Shown: positions 54,802-64,000 of the stretch, piece by piece
Layout of the letters: each line of letters opens with the position of its first letter
Numbering within the stretch: the first letter of the stretch is position 1
Source of the DNA: Porphyridium purpureum
Taxonomy: Eukaryota
Length of the DNA stretch: 64,000 nt
NCBI GenBank assembly: GCA_008690995.1
Contig: VRMN01000001.1
Location: 372,001 to 436,000 of the forward strand
Direction of reading: 5' to 3'
Notes under the pieces: generated by a model
What the model saw: only the letters and a program-made list of their open reading frames with translations
What the model was told of the DNA's origin: nothing
The model's database searches: none
Made by a program: the position numbers and the translations under genes

Positions 54802-55479
54802 TCAGACTGCGTTCAGGCCCTTACTCTTCGACCGACTTTTCTTCGAGCTCTTGTCGCCCTTGTCGCCCTTTCTTCTCTTAGAGATGGCCCTTTCGGTCTT
54901 GCTAGCGCCTTTCAACGCTTTGCGGCCAGATTCGTCATCCTGATCTCTCGGCTCATTTGAGCCAGAGGAAAGCGGCAAAGAAGGGGACACGTCGGCCCCG
55001 CCAAAGATCTCGCGCAAACTATCCGCCGAGTAGTTTTGCACATTCTTGCCGTGCATTCTACGTGCCATGTATGACGCACTGGATACAGGCAACGCACCAA
55101 GCTTTTGCGCAACATCTGCAGGCTGCCATTTCCTGGCACGCCGGGCCTCTTTCCGTGCGGCCGAACTGGACGCGCGGCCGCTCGACGCCGGCGACGCACC
55201 GACCGCCTCGAGGTTGGACAACACACCATCAAACTCAGCGACCAATTTTGCCGGCGCGTGCCACTGCAGCGCCACGGCATTCTCCTCCGTGTCCGCACCA
55301 ATCCCAGCCAGCGTCAGCTTGCTCTTCTGGTACAGCGCCTCTGTGCGGCCATGCTGCTGCGCGCCCAATCCGGCGCCTTCACTCCACCCCATTTTCTTCA
55401 GCAGCGCCAAGCCCACGCGGCTGCCGTCCGAGCTCCATCGCTGCTTCAGCGTGTCGGCCGCTAGCGAAGCCGACGCCAT
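54802..55479 (-). CDS. G-patch protein (PINX1/Gno1-like)
   Basis: GLALLKKMGWSEGAGLG G-patch, FDGVLSNL, KNVQNYSADSLREIFG, Lys-rich tail. Confidence 0.8.
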   Translation of the reverse strand: MASASLAADTLKQRWSSDGSRVGLALLKKMGWSEGAGLGAQQHGRTEALYQKSKLTLAGIGADTEENAVALQWHAPAKLVAEFDGVLSNLEAVGASPASSGRASSSAARKEARRARKWQPADVAQKLGALPVSSASYMARRMHGKNVQNYSADSLREIFGGADVSPSLPLSSGSNEPRDQDDESGRKALKGASKTERAISKRRKGDKGDKSSKKSRSKSKGLNAV

Positions 55480-55957
55480 GCCACCCAGCCTCACGTCCGT
55501 GCCACACACTCCTCGCAACACACACACACACACACAGCCACACCAACCACACCCTTGTCCCTCCCGCGCCGGCCGACGCCACCAAAACTTGAATATGGAG
55601 GTACAGTGTCAGGAAACGGCTGATGTACAGTGAAGCTTGTGCCATGCCGGGAGCAGCGCAGCCAGCTGCATCGCGCAAAGTTGAGAGCAGCGACAATCCT
55701 TTGTTTGTCGTCAGTCCATCAACGTCAACAGGTCTCTGCTGGCCGTCGGTCGTGGATTTCTTTCTGGATTCCAAACTTCTTCACAGGATAGGTACTTGAT
55801 GCTGCGTCGAAGCTCGTGACGCTGGCTTGCTTGCAGCAAAGGCACCACCAACACGTACACGAAGAAGAAGAGGAAATGAAGAAACAAACCGAATTCTTTT
55901 TTCCCGCTCGCCACAATACGCTAGATAAGATCTACACAGCTGATGCGCAGGCGAGGC

Positions 55958-57040
55958 CTATCGGGTTTGACCCTCTTCGGGATCCGATTCTGACACTAGA
56001 TCCGGATTGGACGTAGTATGACCAACTGTGCTTGCTGGGTCCAATGCACCACGGCCTTCGGCCATGTGCACGACCACGCGCAAATGAGCGTGACACAGAG
56101 GACACGTTTTGTGCCTCCCAAGCATCACCCAATTCACAATACATTCGCTATGGTAAAGATGCGAGCAAGGAAGCTGCATGAGCTCCTGAGCATTTTCTTC
56201 GTCGTCGACAAACGACTCAAGACAGATTGAACAGTCCACGTGATGTCGAGAGTGAATAGCTGTTTCTCGGTCGTTTGCACTCACGACGCAAACTTGCTGC
56301 AACGCGTCTACCACACGTTTGCGCCGGGACTGATTAATCTTTTGCGTCATCGCGTTTTCGCTCAATTCGATTGCTGCGTCGTGCTCATCCGCAATGCTCC
56401 TGCGAACGTACCGAACGGCGAAGCATATGCTGGAGAAGTAGAGGACCCCGAGTACCGTGGTTAGTACGATGCAGAAAATGTACAGAATATCGTCAGACTC
56501 GGCAGCATTACCTGTCGTGGACACACGCGTGGGATCCTTTGGGTGCACCCAGATTGGATAGCGCTCGCCACTCTGAAACATGGCCGCCACGTCAAGTGCC
56601 TCGTGCTGCTGCAGCTCAAACTCCCGCGATGTGCCCCAGTAAGCAGTCCCAACCTCGTCCGGTTTGAGAAGAAAGCCTGGCACTGAGTAATTACTGATGC
56701 CAAACGCTACACGGTACAAGTAATTTGTGGGTGGTTGGTCGCAGCGCCAGCGCCGGAAACAAAAACCCTCGACAGTCACCGATGTGACAAGGGCTGAACT
56801 GACGACCCACGTTGCCGTGCTTTCTAGACTCGAATCAACCACTGCGATCATGATCCCGCTCGTCACAACGAAGGCCGGGAAGATCAGCAAATAAAGTTGA
56901 ACCCACAGCGGCAGCCTCATCCAGAGCCTCCAAGTCGCTCGGCATCCAGCCGCGACCCGTGGCCCCCACGGCTCCCGACCGAGTTCCTGAGGCTGCTCAA
57001 CATCTCGATCCTCATCTCGAGCCTCCTCCCCGGCTTGCAT
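55958..57040 (-). CDS. Transmembrane RING-H2 E3 ubiquitin ligase
   Basis: CSICLESF..LPCSHLYHSECIVNW..CPLC; two TM segments. Confidence 0.88.
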   Translation of the reverse strand: MQAGEEARDEDRDVEQPQELGREPWGPRVAAGCRATWRLWMRLPLWVQLYLLIFPAFVVTSGIMIAVVDSSLESTATWVVSSALVTSVTVEGFCFRRWRCDQPPTNYLYRVAFGISNYSVPGFLLKPDEVGTAYWGTSREFELQQHEALDVAAMFQSGERYPIWVHPKDPTRVSTTGNAAESDDILYIFCIVLTTVLGVLYFSSICFAVRYVRRSIADEHDAAIELSENAMTQKINQSRRKRVVDALQQVCVVSANDRETAIHSRHHVDCSICLESFVDDEENAQELMQLPCSHLYHSECIVNWVMLGRHKTCPLCHAHLRVVVHMAEGRGALDPASTVGHTTSNPDLVSESDPEEGQTR

Positions 57041-57720
57041 GTCGCGTCACTCTCAGTCGATCACGGAAAACGCCCGTCCTTCCAAATTCGCCGTCTCTGT
57101 CGACTGCGCTGCAACTGACACCTGCGCCCGACAGCGCTGCGCCCGACACCTCCCGGCACTTTTCTCTTGCACTTCAAATAAAGCCGGGTTCTTCGCTTTC
57201 AGCAGACAAGCAGCGAGGCAGCTCGCTTGCGCCCGTTCCGCACCGACGTGCAGAATGCGTGGTGGAAACGGCGCAGCGGCCCTCGCCTCCTGCTCGTCCT
57301 CAACTCCGCAAATGTCGGACATTTTTACTCTGTTCGACTGTAACGCCTGAAACGCGCGATTCACGTTGCGCGCATAGAATGGAGATTCTGAGGATGGCTC
57401 TTGGGCGCGTGGGCTTCTCCAATCCTGCTGCCCGCGCGTAATCATAAGACTGCTTGGGTTGCTCCGCTAAACTATCTACACTAAGTGTGGCTGGCCGGCT
57501 GGCCGGCTGACTGGTGTCTGCCAAAGAAACATCAACTCTGGCTTTTGGCTTGTGACCGCTGAATCAACTGTGCACTGTGGTCTGGGGTTCCTTCGCGAGC
57601 ACTTGGCTTCACGCCGTGCCCGCGTCGGCAAACGCGAGTATTCGACGCGAGCTTACTTGTGGTCGCTTTCCTGTGTCCACGCAAAATGCATATCTGTGTC
57701 AATGAGCTTGGCCTTCATGC

Positions 57721-58536
57721 CTACCCATTGTTATCCGTGCCCAGTATGCTGTCTGGATTTAGACCGAGCAGAAACTGCTCGCTTGCTGGTACTTGGAATG
57801 TGTGTGATCGAAATTTGAATTCCTCGCGCTCCGCGACGATCTCCTTTTCAATGGCAAGCTCCTGGGAATCACTCAGCTGATCACTCAACGAACGCGCAAT
57901 GTTCTCGTACCATTCGGCGGAATCATCTGTAATCGCCTCGGAATTAAACATGAGCAAGCGAAACAACACGCTGCTTCCAAACAGGCTGAGCACATACCAG
58001 CTGAGCGCAGACACATAATTGACGGCCAGGTCGCGGCCGGTCATTTCAATGCCCATTTGCAGCATGCCACGAAACGCCTCGGAAAGCGGGAACGGCAGCT
58101 TGATTACTGCAAAGCCGCCAAAGAAAAAGCGCACCCACGCGCCTAGCGCCATGCTCGGCAAAGATCCTGCCAGCATTTCCCTGACTTTCCCGCTTAGCGC
58201 GTCTGGATTAGCAAAGGAAGACGCAATGGACACGGTCTGCACTTCTCTGAAAAAGTAGCCGCGCTGGTCCTGCGGGTCGATGAAGAATGCCCGCCGCATA
58301 GCAAACTGCTCAGTGGGTATGAGGCCGCCGTAAAACTTGAGCGCGCGAAAATACTGCATGTGTGCGACAAGCTTGGCGCGATAGTAGTACACGCGCGGCA
58401 GCTTGAACAGGCACACGGACAAGTGATGCCGAATGACCATCACCAGAAACGTGACCACGGAGATGGGCAGCAGTACCCACACGGCGATCGCAGGGTCCAG
58501 CACCAAGTCATTCGAGCCCATGGACGCCATCTCCAT
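57721..58536 (-). CDS. EMC3: ER membrane complex subunit 3
   Basis: LVLDPAIAVWVLLPI, FFGGFAVIKLPFPL, FRGMLQMGI, VSALSWY. Confidence 0.92.
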   Translation of the reverse strand: MEMASMGSNDLVLDPAIAVWVLLPISVVTFLVMVIRHHLSVCLFKLPRVYYYRAKLVAHMQYFRALKFYGGLIPTEQFAMRRAFFIDPQDQRGYFFREVQTVSIASSFANPDALSGKVREMLAGSLPSMALGAWVRFFFGGFAVIKLPFPLSEAFRGMLQMGIEMTGRDLAVNYVSALSWYVLSLFGSSVLFRLLMFNSEAITDDSAEWYENIARSLSDQLSDSQELAIEKEIVAEREEFKFRSHTFQVPASEQFLLGLNPDSILGTDNNG

Positions 58537-58896
58537 GTCTGCCCCTCACCAACCACCACCTGCCTCACGCCAAACTCATTCGCACCCCTTTGACCAACGC
58601 CTTCCTCAACCCTGGTTCTAACCATGAACCACCACGCGCCAGTCAGAATAAGGGTTTGACTTTTGTGATGGGTGTACTGTGACGACGGCGCGGATGTTAG
58701 TGAAACTTTGGTTTCATACTTGAAAGCACCCTTTTTATCAGAGAAGGAACCACCCTGGACATTATTCCATCGGCGGCCCTCGGGTTATTAGACGAGAGTT
58801 TGGCGAAGAGAGAAGGGGACGTGCCGCAGAGAAACTTTGCGTGGTTGGATTCGCGTTTGTCACGCAGACTTCGATCGTAGCAAGCCCGCGGTCAAC

Positions 58897-59112
58897 ATGC
58901 CGAAACAAATTCAAGACATCAAGTCGTTTCTGGTCGCCACCAGGCGCAAGGACGCGCGCGCAGTCAAGATCAAGAAGGTGAAGAAGACCGGCGTCACAAA
59001 GTTCAAGGTGCGATGCTCAAGGTACTTGTACACACTCTGCGTCAAAGATGAGGACAAGGCGAAGAAGCTGGAAATGAGCCTGCCCCCGGGCATGGCGGTC
59101 ACAAAATGCTAG
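58897..59112 (+). CDS. RPL38: 60S ribosomal protein L38
   Basis: [35 protein letters not shown]. Confidence 0.97.
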   Translation: MPKQIQDIKSFLVATRRKDARAVKIKKVKKTGVTKFKVRCSRYLYTLCVKDEDKAKKLEMSLPPGMAVTKC

Positions 59113-59446
59113 CGCGTGCGGTGCTGTCGCGGAGGCCGTGTGGGTAGCCGGGTCGTGCGTCTGAAGAGGTGAGCAAAAGGATATTCGCTCTTTTCTGGCT
59201 TGTGGATTCTTGAGGACCTCCGGTTCGCGGCCATGGCGGTGTGCGTCTTAAAGTGCAGTGACGCTCTTTGTGTTCCTAGACGTCGGTGGTCGAGATTCCA
59301 CATATTTTCGGGAAGAGATAGAGAGGTCCGCTTATCGGCAACCAGAAGTACGTGGCCTTCCCATGCGCGTTTCTTCAGTAAATTACATGCATCAACATAA
59401 TACAAGTGCGAGGTTAATATCGGATCTTCCGTGAAGCGCGAATTCC

Positions 59447-60541
59447 CTACAGCTTCACCTCCTGCGCCTGCTCGGTCTCTGCGACACGATACGCGGCCAG
59501 CGTCCGCGCTTCAAACTGGCCAAAGGTGTCGCCTGGCACAAACCGTTTCTCTAACGGAGGCACTCCACTCGGCGTGAAAAGCCCGGTTTCGGGGCTTCCG
59601 AGCGAAAAGTCTCGCGAGGGTTGCAGAAACAATGCAAATGAACTGCGGGCGCGCTGAACGCCCTCGTGAGGACTGAGCTCCAGCGGAACCGAATGAGGCG
59701 TCGCTCGGAAACTTCCTCCGGATATTACTTGCGCCACTTCTCCCACTTGGAACGCCACGCTTGACGGGTCGAGGCGCACCTCGCTCATATTCCCGTCTGG
59801 GCCAAGCACAGTCAGACCAGTCCCTTGCTTCAAGATCTCAGGCTCGTCGTGCTGGTCCACCTCCTCATCGCAAGTGAGGGACGGAACCAAGCCTGTAATG
59901 GCTCCATGATCCGAATGCAGCCCGCACCACTGTGGGGACGGCCCGGAAGTATGTGTCGAGTCACGCACCGGGGAGCAGTAGTAGAGCAAGCGCCCTTTGT
60001 GCGTTGTGGAGTCTGCGAGCGCGTCGTGCAGACTCGGCGCTCCCACATTTTTCGCTTTCATGAGCTGGTCGCAGCAGAACGCGAGCTCCATTCCCAGCGA
60101 GTACAAGGTGAGAGCAACGCGGGTAAAACTGGCCTTCAGGTTGGGAACCAGGCTTTCATCAGGCCACACGTTTCGAAAATGATTTGCTGGGAAATCCATG
60201 TAGTACGACACTTTCAGACTGTCCCGCTGTCCAGATCCCGATTTAGAAGCATCGAACTCTTCCTTCCCGCGGCTCCATCCGTACATGTATCCGTACTCTG
60301 GCCTGGACAATTCCGTCTGCTGCTCCTCATCCAGCCTTGCGCACTGCCGCGCGGCCCGCAGCAACTGCATGCGCGCGGCGCGGTACGTCCGCAGGGTCTC
60401 CGCGACGCCCATAATTTCGATCACGCCCATTCCATCTGCGCCAAACGCGTCGTTCACAACATTTAACACTTGCGCGCGTATTTGCGGCTGATTGCGCCGC
60501 AACAGCAGATCCAAAGGCAGCGAAATCAATCCGCGCGTCAT
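59447..60541 (-). CDS. 2-oxoglutarate/Fe(II)-dependent dioxygenase (IPNS-like)
   Basis: YGWSRGKE, KGRLLYY, WCGLHSDHGAITGL (HxD), FQVGE, ATPH, RSSFALFLQP. Confidence 0.88.
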   Translation of the reverse strand: MTRGLISLPLDLLLRRNQPQIRAQVLNVVNDAFGADGMGVIEIMGVAETLRTYRAARMQLLRAARQCARLDEEQQTELSRPEYGYMYGWSRGKEEFDASKSGSGQRDSLKVSYYMDFPANHFRNVWPDESLVPNLKASFTRVALTLYSLGMELAFCCDQLMKAKNVGAPSLHDALADSTTHKGRLLYYCSPVRDSTHTSGPSPQWCGLHSDHGAITGLVPSLTCDEEVDQHDEPEILKQGTGLTVLGPDGNMSEVRLDPSSVAFQVGEVAQVISGGSFRATPHSVPLELSPHEGVQRARSSFALFLQPSRDFSLGSPETGLFTPSGVPPLEKRFVPGDTFGQFEARTLAAYRVAETEQAQEVKL

Positions 60542-61090
60542 TCTCCCCCGCTGCTTCTCAACCTTCCGAGCGCAACACCGCTCGCTCCCGCCACCAGTGA
60601 CCCCCCTCAAAAATAAAAACATCCAACCCGAAAACCAAAAAATTCTTGCTAAAATCGTCAAAAACGATAGACACCATATCCGCGGCCAGACTTGAACTGG
60701 CGACTTCCAGTGTGTTAGACAAATGCGGCCCTTAAGTGAACGAAAGAGTTCTTGACGAAAACCGTCCAGGCCTTGGCACTCTAACCAACTGAGTTACGTG
60801 GACTTCTGAAGACTACGAGTACAGTCTTCGTGATGACAGGCTGAAAGAGTGAAATTTAATATATAATTACGTTCCATAAAGGAGTGTTGTGAGCCGACAG
60901 GACGCAGAAATGAGTTGTTTGAATTGGGTACAGTGGAGCCCATCAGGAGAGGCGGTTGATTTGAGGGAAAGGGGAAAGGGGAAAGTGGGGCGCGCGTGCA
61001 GGAGAGGGTGGGAGGGGGAGGGTGGGTGTCGGTGTGGGTGGTGGGGAGCCGCGCGGTGCGCCGTGCGGTGTGATGCGGCGCGAGAGCAGG

Positions 61091-62134
61091 ATGTTGGGTA
61101 AAAGCCAAGGGGTGAATAAGAAGAACAACGTGTTTCAGAAGTTCGGGACCGCGCTCGGCAGTCGCAAGGCGCTCGCATGGGCCATCGGCGATATGGATGG
61201 CCGGTTGTCGTGCGCCGTGTCGCGCGAGTATCGCGCGACACTCGAGGAGCTCAAAAACGCACGTGAGAGCGGCAGCGAGCTGATCGAGGTGTCGTTTGCG
61301 TGCGTGAATCTGCCGAAAATGGACCTCACGAGCGACTCGGACCCGTTCGCCGTGGTGTGGCTGGCCGATGGCACCCAGAAGGAAGTCGAGCTCATGCGAA
61401 CTGAGACCGTTTGGGACGATCAGGATCCTTTCTTTGTCCAGGCTCTTTTGTTATGCGAAGACAAGATAAAGACCGCCACCTTGCGCGTGTGTTTGTATGA
61501 CCGCGACGATGCAAGCGAGCGTCTCGAAAAGCACGACTATATGGGCAATGCGGTGTTCCCAGTCACTGAATTGTTAAGCTTTTCTTCGCTTCCGGAAGGA
61601 CTGCAACTTCCTCTCCAAGGAAAGAAGAGCAACATAGATTCAGCGAGCAGCAACGCACCCACTGTTATCATCCATTGCTGTCGAAACATGAACATTGCAA
61701 GTTTCAAGCAGGTTGTTGAGTTTTATTTCTCTATCCCTGCAAATAGGTCGAGCGGCGATCGCTTCTTTACCCTTTCCCGGCAACAGGAAAATGGCTCCTG
61801 GGCCACCGTGTATCGCTCAGAGGTCGTGCTCGCAAAGAATAACCAAGGAGGCTTCTTCTTCCAATGTGCTCAGGTCTGCGCGATGGCACTGAATAACGGC
61901 AACCCGGACTGGAAAAACCGCTTCGAACTCTGTAATTACCAGGCTACGGGCTGGCATGAAACAAGAGGCACGTTCGTGTTCACGGTGCGCGAACTCGAAA
62001 TGCTGAGCACGACGCAAGACATCGAGCGCGTGTTTCTCGGGTCAGAGGAAGATGAGGTCAAGTGCTCCGTGCTCAGTGGCGGGATCCTGTCCGACGACAA
62101 GATGTCGTTTACTTTTGATATTATGCTGAGATAG
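61091..62134 (+). CDS. Copine-like tandem C2-domain protein lacking vWA domain
   Basis: LPKMDLTSDSDPF, RTETVWDDQDPFF, YDRD..HDYMG, second C2 with VYRSEV; start uncertain. Confidence 0.75.
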   Translation: MLGKSQGVNKKNNVFQKFGTALGSRKALAWAIGDMDGRLSCAVSREYRATLEELKNARESGSELIEVSFACVNLPKMDLTSDSDPFAVVWLADGTQKEVELMRTETVWDDQDPFFVQALLLCEDKIKTATLRVCLYDRDDASERLEKHDYMGNAVFPVTELLSFSSLPEGLQLPLQGKKSNIDSASSNAPTVIIHCCRNMNIASFKQVVEFYFSIPANRSSGDRFFTLSRQQENGSWATVYRSEVVLAKNNQGGFFFQCAQVCAMALNNGNPDWKNRFELCNYQATGWHETRGTFVFTVRELEMLSTTQDIERVFLGSEEDEVKCSVLSGGILSDDKMSFTFDIMLR

Positions 62135-62775
62135 TATTGTGCAGGTAGTTCGGATGCATGCACAATGTAATCTCTGCAAGACCGTCGGAGTTCACGGCCG
62201 GGTGATCCAACGGCTCGGTTTCGATTTTGAAAACTGCACGTCCTCTGCAATGTTAGCGCGGTAGAGCGGCACCACGTTGCGCTCTCCGGTAGCTAGAGAA
62301 CGAGTGTTCTTTCGTGGCGTTTACGGTGACTCCTGCGGAATCCTGGACGACTACGAGCACGCTCAGGACAAGCCAACGTGCACTCATGCAATGGTTCCGA
62401 GTACACAAAGATTGGAAATCTTGTTGGCCAAAAATGCAAGAAACCGTTCTTTCACAAGAGAAAAGGAAACGGCGCGTGCTTAAAACTTCCCATGGAACCA
62501 CACGCGCTCTTGAATTTTTTATATCCTATATTCTTATTTTGTTCCTTTGTCAACCAGGCTACGCTTTCGCGCGTTCGAGAAATCCGACGCGTTCGTCATG
62601 GGTGCGCAGGCGTGGTCGAGCTTCGCCCGTGGCCTATGCATGCTTTTCTCCGGCCCGAAAGACATGCAACGTCCAGGACAGAGAAGGCCCCGCGCTCTGT
62701 TAAACGACAAGGCTATCTAATATTCTTGCGAAATATGTCAGGAAGTGTGAATTCGATTCTGCCTAATTGTTTCTC

Positions 62776-63933
62776 CTAGTCGAGCAGTCTTTGCTTGATC
62801 TGGACTTTCATGGGTGTTCCCTCGCCAGCTGCGAGCGAAATGATGGAGATCTCGCCGTCCAAAATTTCAATGGCCTCGCGCACGCCGCCATAAAACTTGC
62901 TCATTCCGGTATCCATCCTCCACGCCGCGCCATGACACGCACCGTTGATTCCACTGAATTGGATGGTGTGGCCTATAAACATTGTGCTTGTGTGGGTCTC
63001 CTTGAGCACGCGGCGGAGATCGCTGCATTGGGCAGCACTGAGCGCAGAGCCCATTGGCATACCGTACCTTCGCGTCCAAACCACGGCGTCTGGTCCTGCT
63101 AAATTGGACAACGCAAAGTCCATGTCTGCATCTTCGGCGCCGTTGCCTCGGACAAAGCTTTGTGTCCGCACATTGAGCGCATGCAGTGATTCCACACCGC
63201 CAGGAATTGTCTGTGGTATGACACCTGCATGCACAAACAAGTGGCTCCCAATAATCAGGGCCACTTTTGAGTAGGCAAATATCCGCCTCGAAATCGAGCC
63301 GCCTGCAAGTAGCGCCTGCGCGCGACGTTGTACTAGCGGGTGCTGTATCGACTGTGCACGTTGCTTCACGCGCTCAGAAACGTCGTCGAGCGCCATTTTA
63401 TTGGTCAGATTGAAAGTCTGAGCCCATGCGCCTGGCGCGACGTACCGGAAATCGCCCATCAGATTCATGACTTCATGGTTGCCGAGCAGCAGATGTACCT
63501 CACCCCCACACTCGCGAGCCTGTGCTTTGAGATCCCACAGGATATCCAGGGCACGAAACTCCTCGTCGCCGCGGTCAAGAACATCACCCAGTTGCACGAG
63601 CACCGCGTCCGCTCCGCGCCACGAGACTCTTCCGTCGGGATCGGAGCGGGCTACCTCAGTGGCATCCAGTAAAGCCAGCATGGCGTCTGCGTCGCCATGA
63701 ACATCCGGAAGCACCACGATCCGCCGCCGCGCGCGCAGGCGAGTCAGTTCGTTTGAGTTTTCCGTCTGTGGCCCGGGCGGTGGTACCTCTGGCCACCACG
63801 CGACACCAGCGCCCGGTTCAGTCGCCGCACAGCTTCCGAATGACGCATCGGCGCCACCCAGATTGGCCAGCAGTAGCGTCCACCATACCAGAGCGATGCC
63901 GAGTTGGCAAATAGCACGCCATCTTTCTATCAT
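62776..63933 (-). CDS. Shewanella-like protein phosphatase (SLP, metallophosphoesterase)
   Basis: DVHG, QLGDVLDRG, GNHE, FVHAG, WTRRY, GHT, DTGMS; hydrophobic N-terminal signal. Confidence 0.9.
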   Translation of the reverse strand: MIERWRAICQLGIALVWWTLLLANLGGADASFGSCAATEPGAGVAWWPEVPPPGPQTENSNELTRLRARRRIVVLPDVHGDADAMLALLDATEVARSDPDGRVSWRGADAVLVQLGDVLDRGDEEFRALDILWDLKAQARECGGEVHLLLGNHEVMNLMGDFRYVAPGAWAQTFNLTNKMALDDVSERVKQRAQSIQHPLVQRRAQALLAGGSISRRIFAYSKVALIIGSHLFVHAGVIPQTIPGGVESLHALNVRTQSFVRGNGAEDADMDFALSNLAGPDAVVWTRRYGMPMGSALSAAQCSDLRRVLKETHTSTMFIGHTIQFSGINGACHGAAWRMDTGMSKFYGGVREAIEILDGEISIISLAAGEGTPMKVQIKQRLLD

Positions 63934-64000
63934 CCTCGTATTATCGCTTCCCGAGGACTTTGCAGAAATTGACAGCGGTCCGACGGCGGTTCGACGGCGG

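Noticed and set aside
55705..55800. Kinesin-like relic (SINVNRSLLAVG and DSKLL in adjacent frames)
   Set aside because: Only two short motif resemblances and no other motor motifs; likely chance
57039..57524. Short ORFs between the RING ligase and EMC3
   Set aside because: No recognisable motifs; cannot choose among overlapping frames
1..64000. tRNA, rRNA, canonical snRNA and transposase/RT genes
   Set aside because: No T-loop cloverleaf, U2/U5/U6 signature or RT/integrase motif seen by eye; an Infernal/tRNAscan run would be decisive

Overview
Gene-dense, intron-poor eukaryotic nuclear DNA. By inference it is a unicellular red alga, Porphyridium-like: MAF/MF-type plastid transit peptides, a multi-CBM20 laforin, kynureninase, nuclear plastid Rps15 and a red-algal-type Cys-rich zinc finger. 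About 40 intact genes are supported, mostly housekeeping: ZMAT2, laforin, thioredoxin, LDAH, MogA, HACD, NPRL3, COQ3, NIP7, ISD11, SDR, Gfo/Idh/MocA, ChaN-like, KYNU, TrmB, PDH E2/E3BP-like, EamA, TSR2, DUF2439, LSMT, RPS15, Egt1-like, G-patch, RING, EMC3, RPL38, 2OG oxygenase, copine-like C2 and SLP phosphatase. Four short GT-AG introns could be reconstructed. Two decayed genes are hidden between ORF calls: a full-length cysteine synthase pseudogene (~4.96-6.03 kb) and a ~5.2 kb pseudogene of an HExxH-membrane / Ntn-amidotransferase / SIS-like giant protein (~23.8-29.0 kb). Other notable observations are a GGCT-phytyl ester synthase fusion, a catalytically dead PDH E2 paralog, a GTACAGT motif concentrated in promoter regions, overlapping divergent start codons and a structured non-coding segment near 47.0-47.5 kb. 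I saw no CRISPR array, rRNA, tRNA or recognisable intact transposon. All family assignments come from motif recognition by eye, not database searches.
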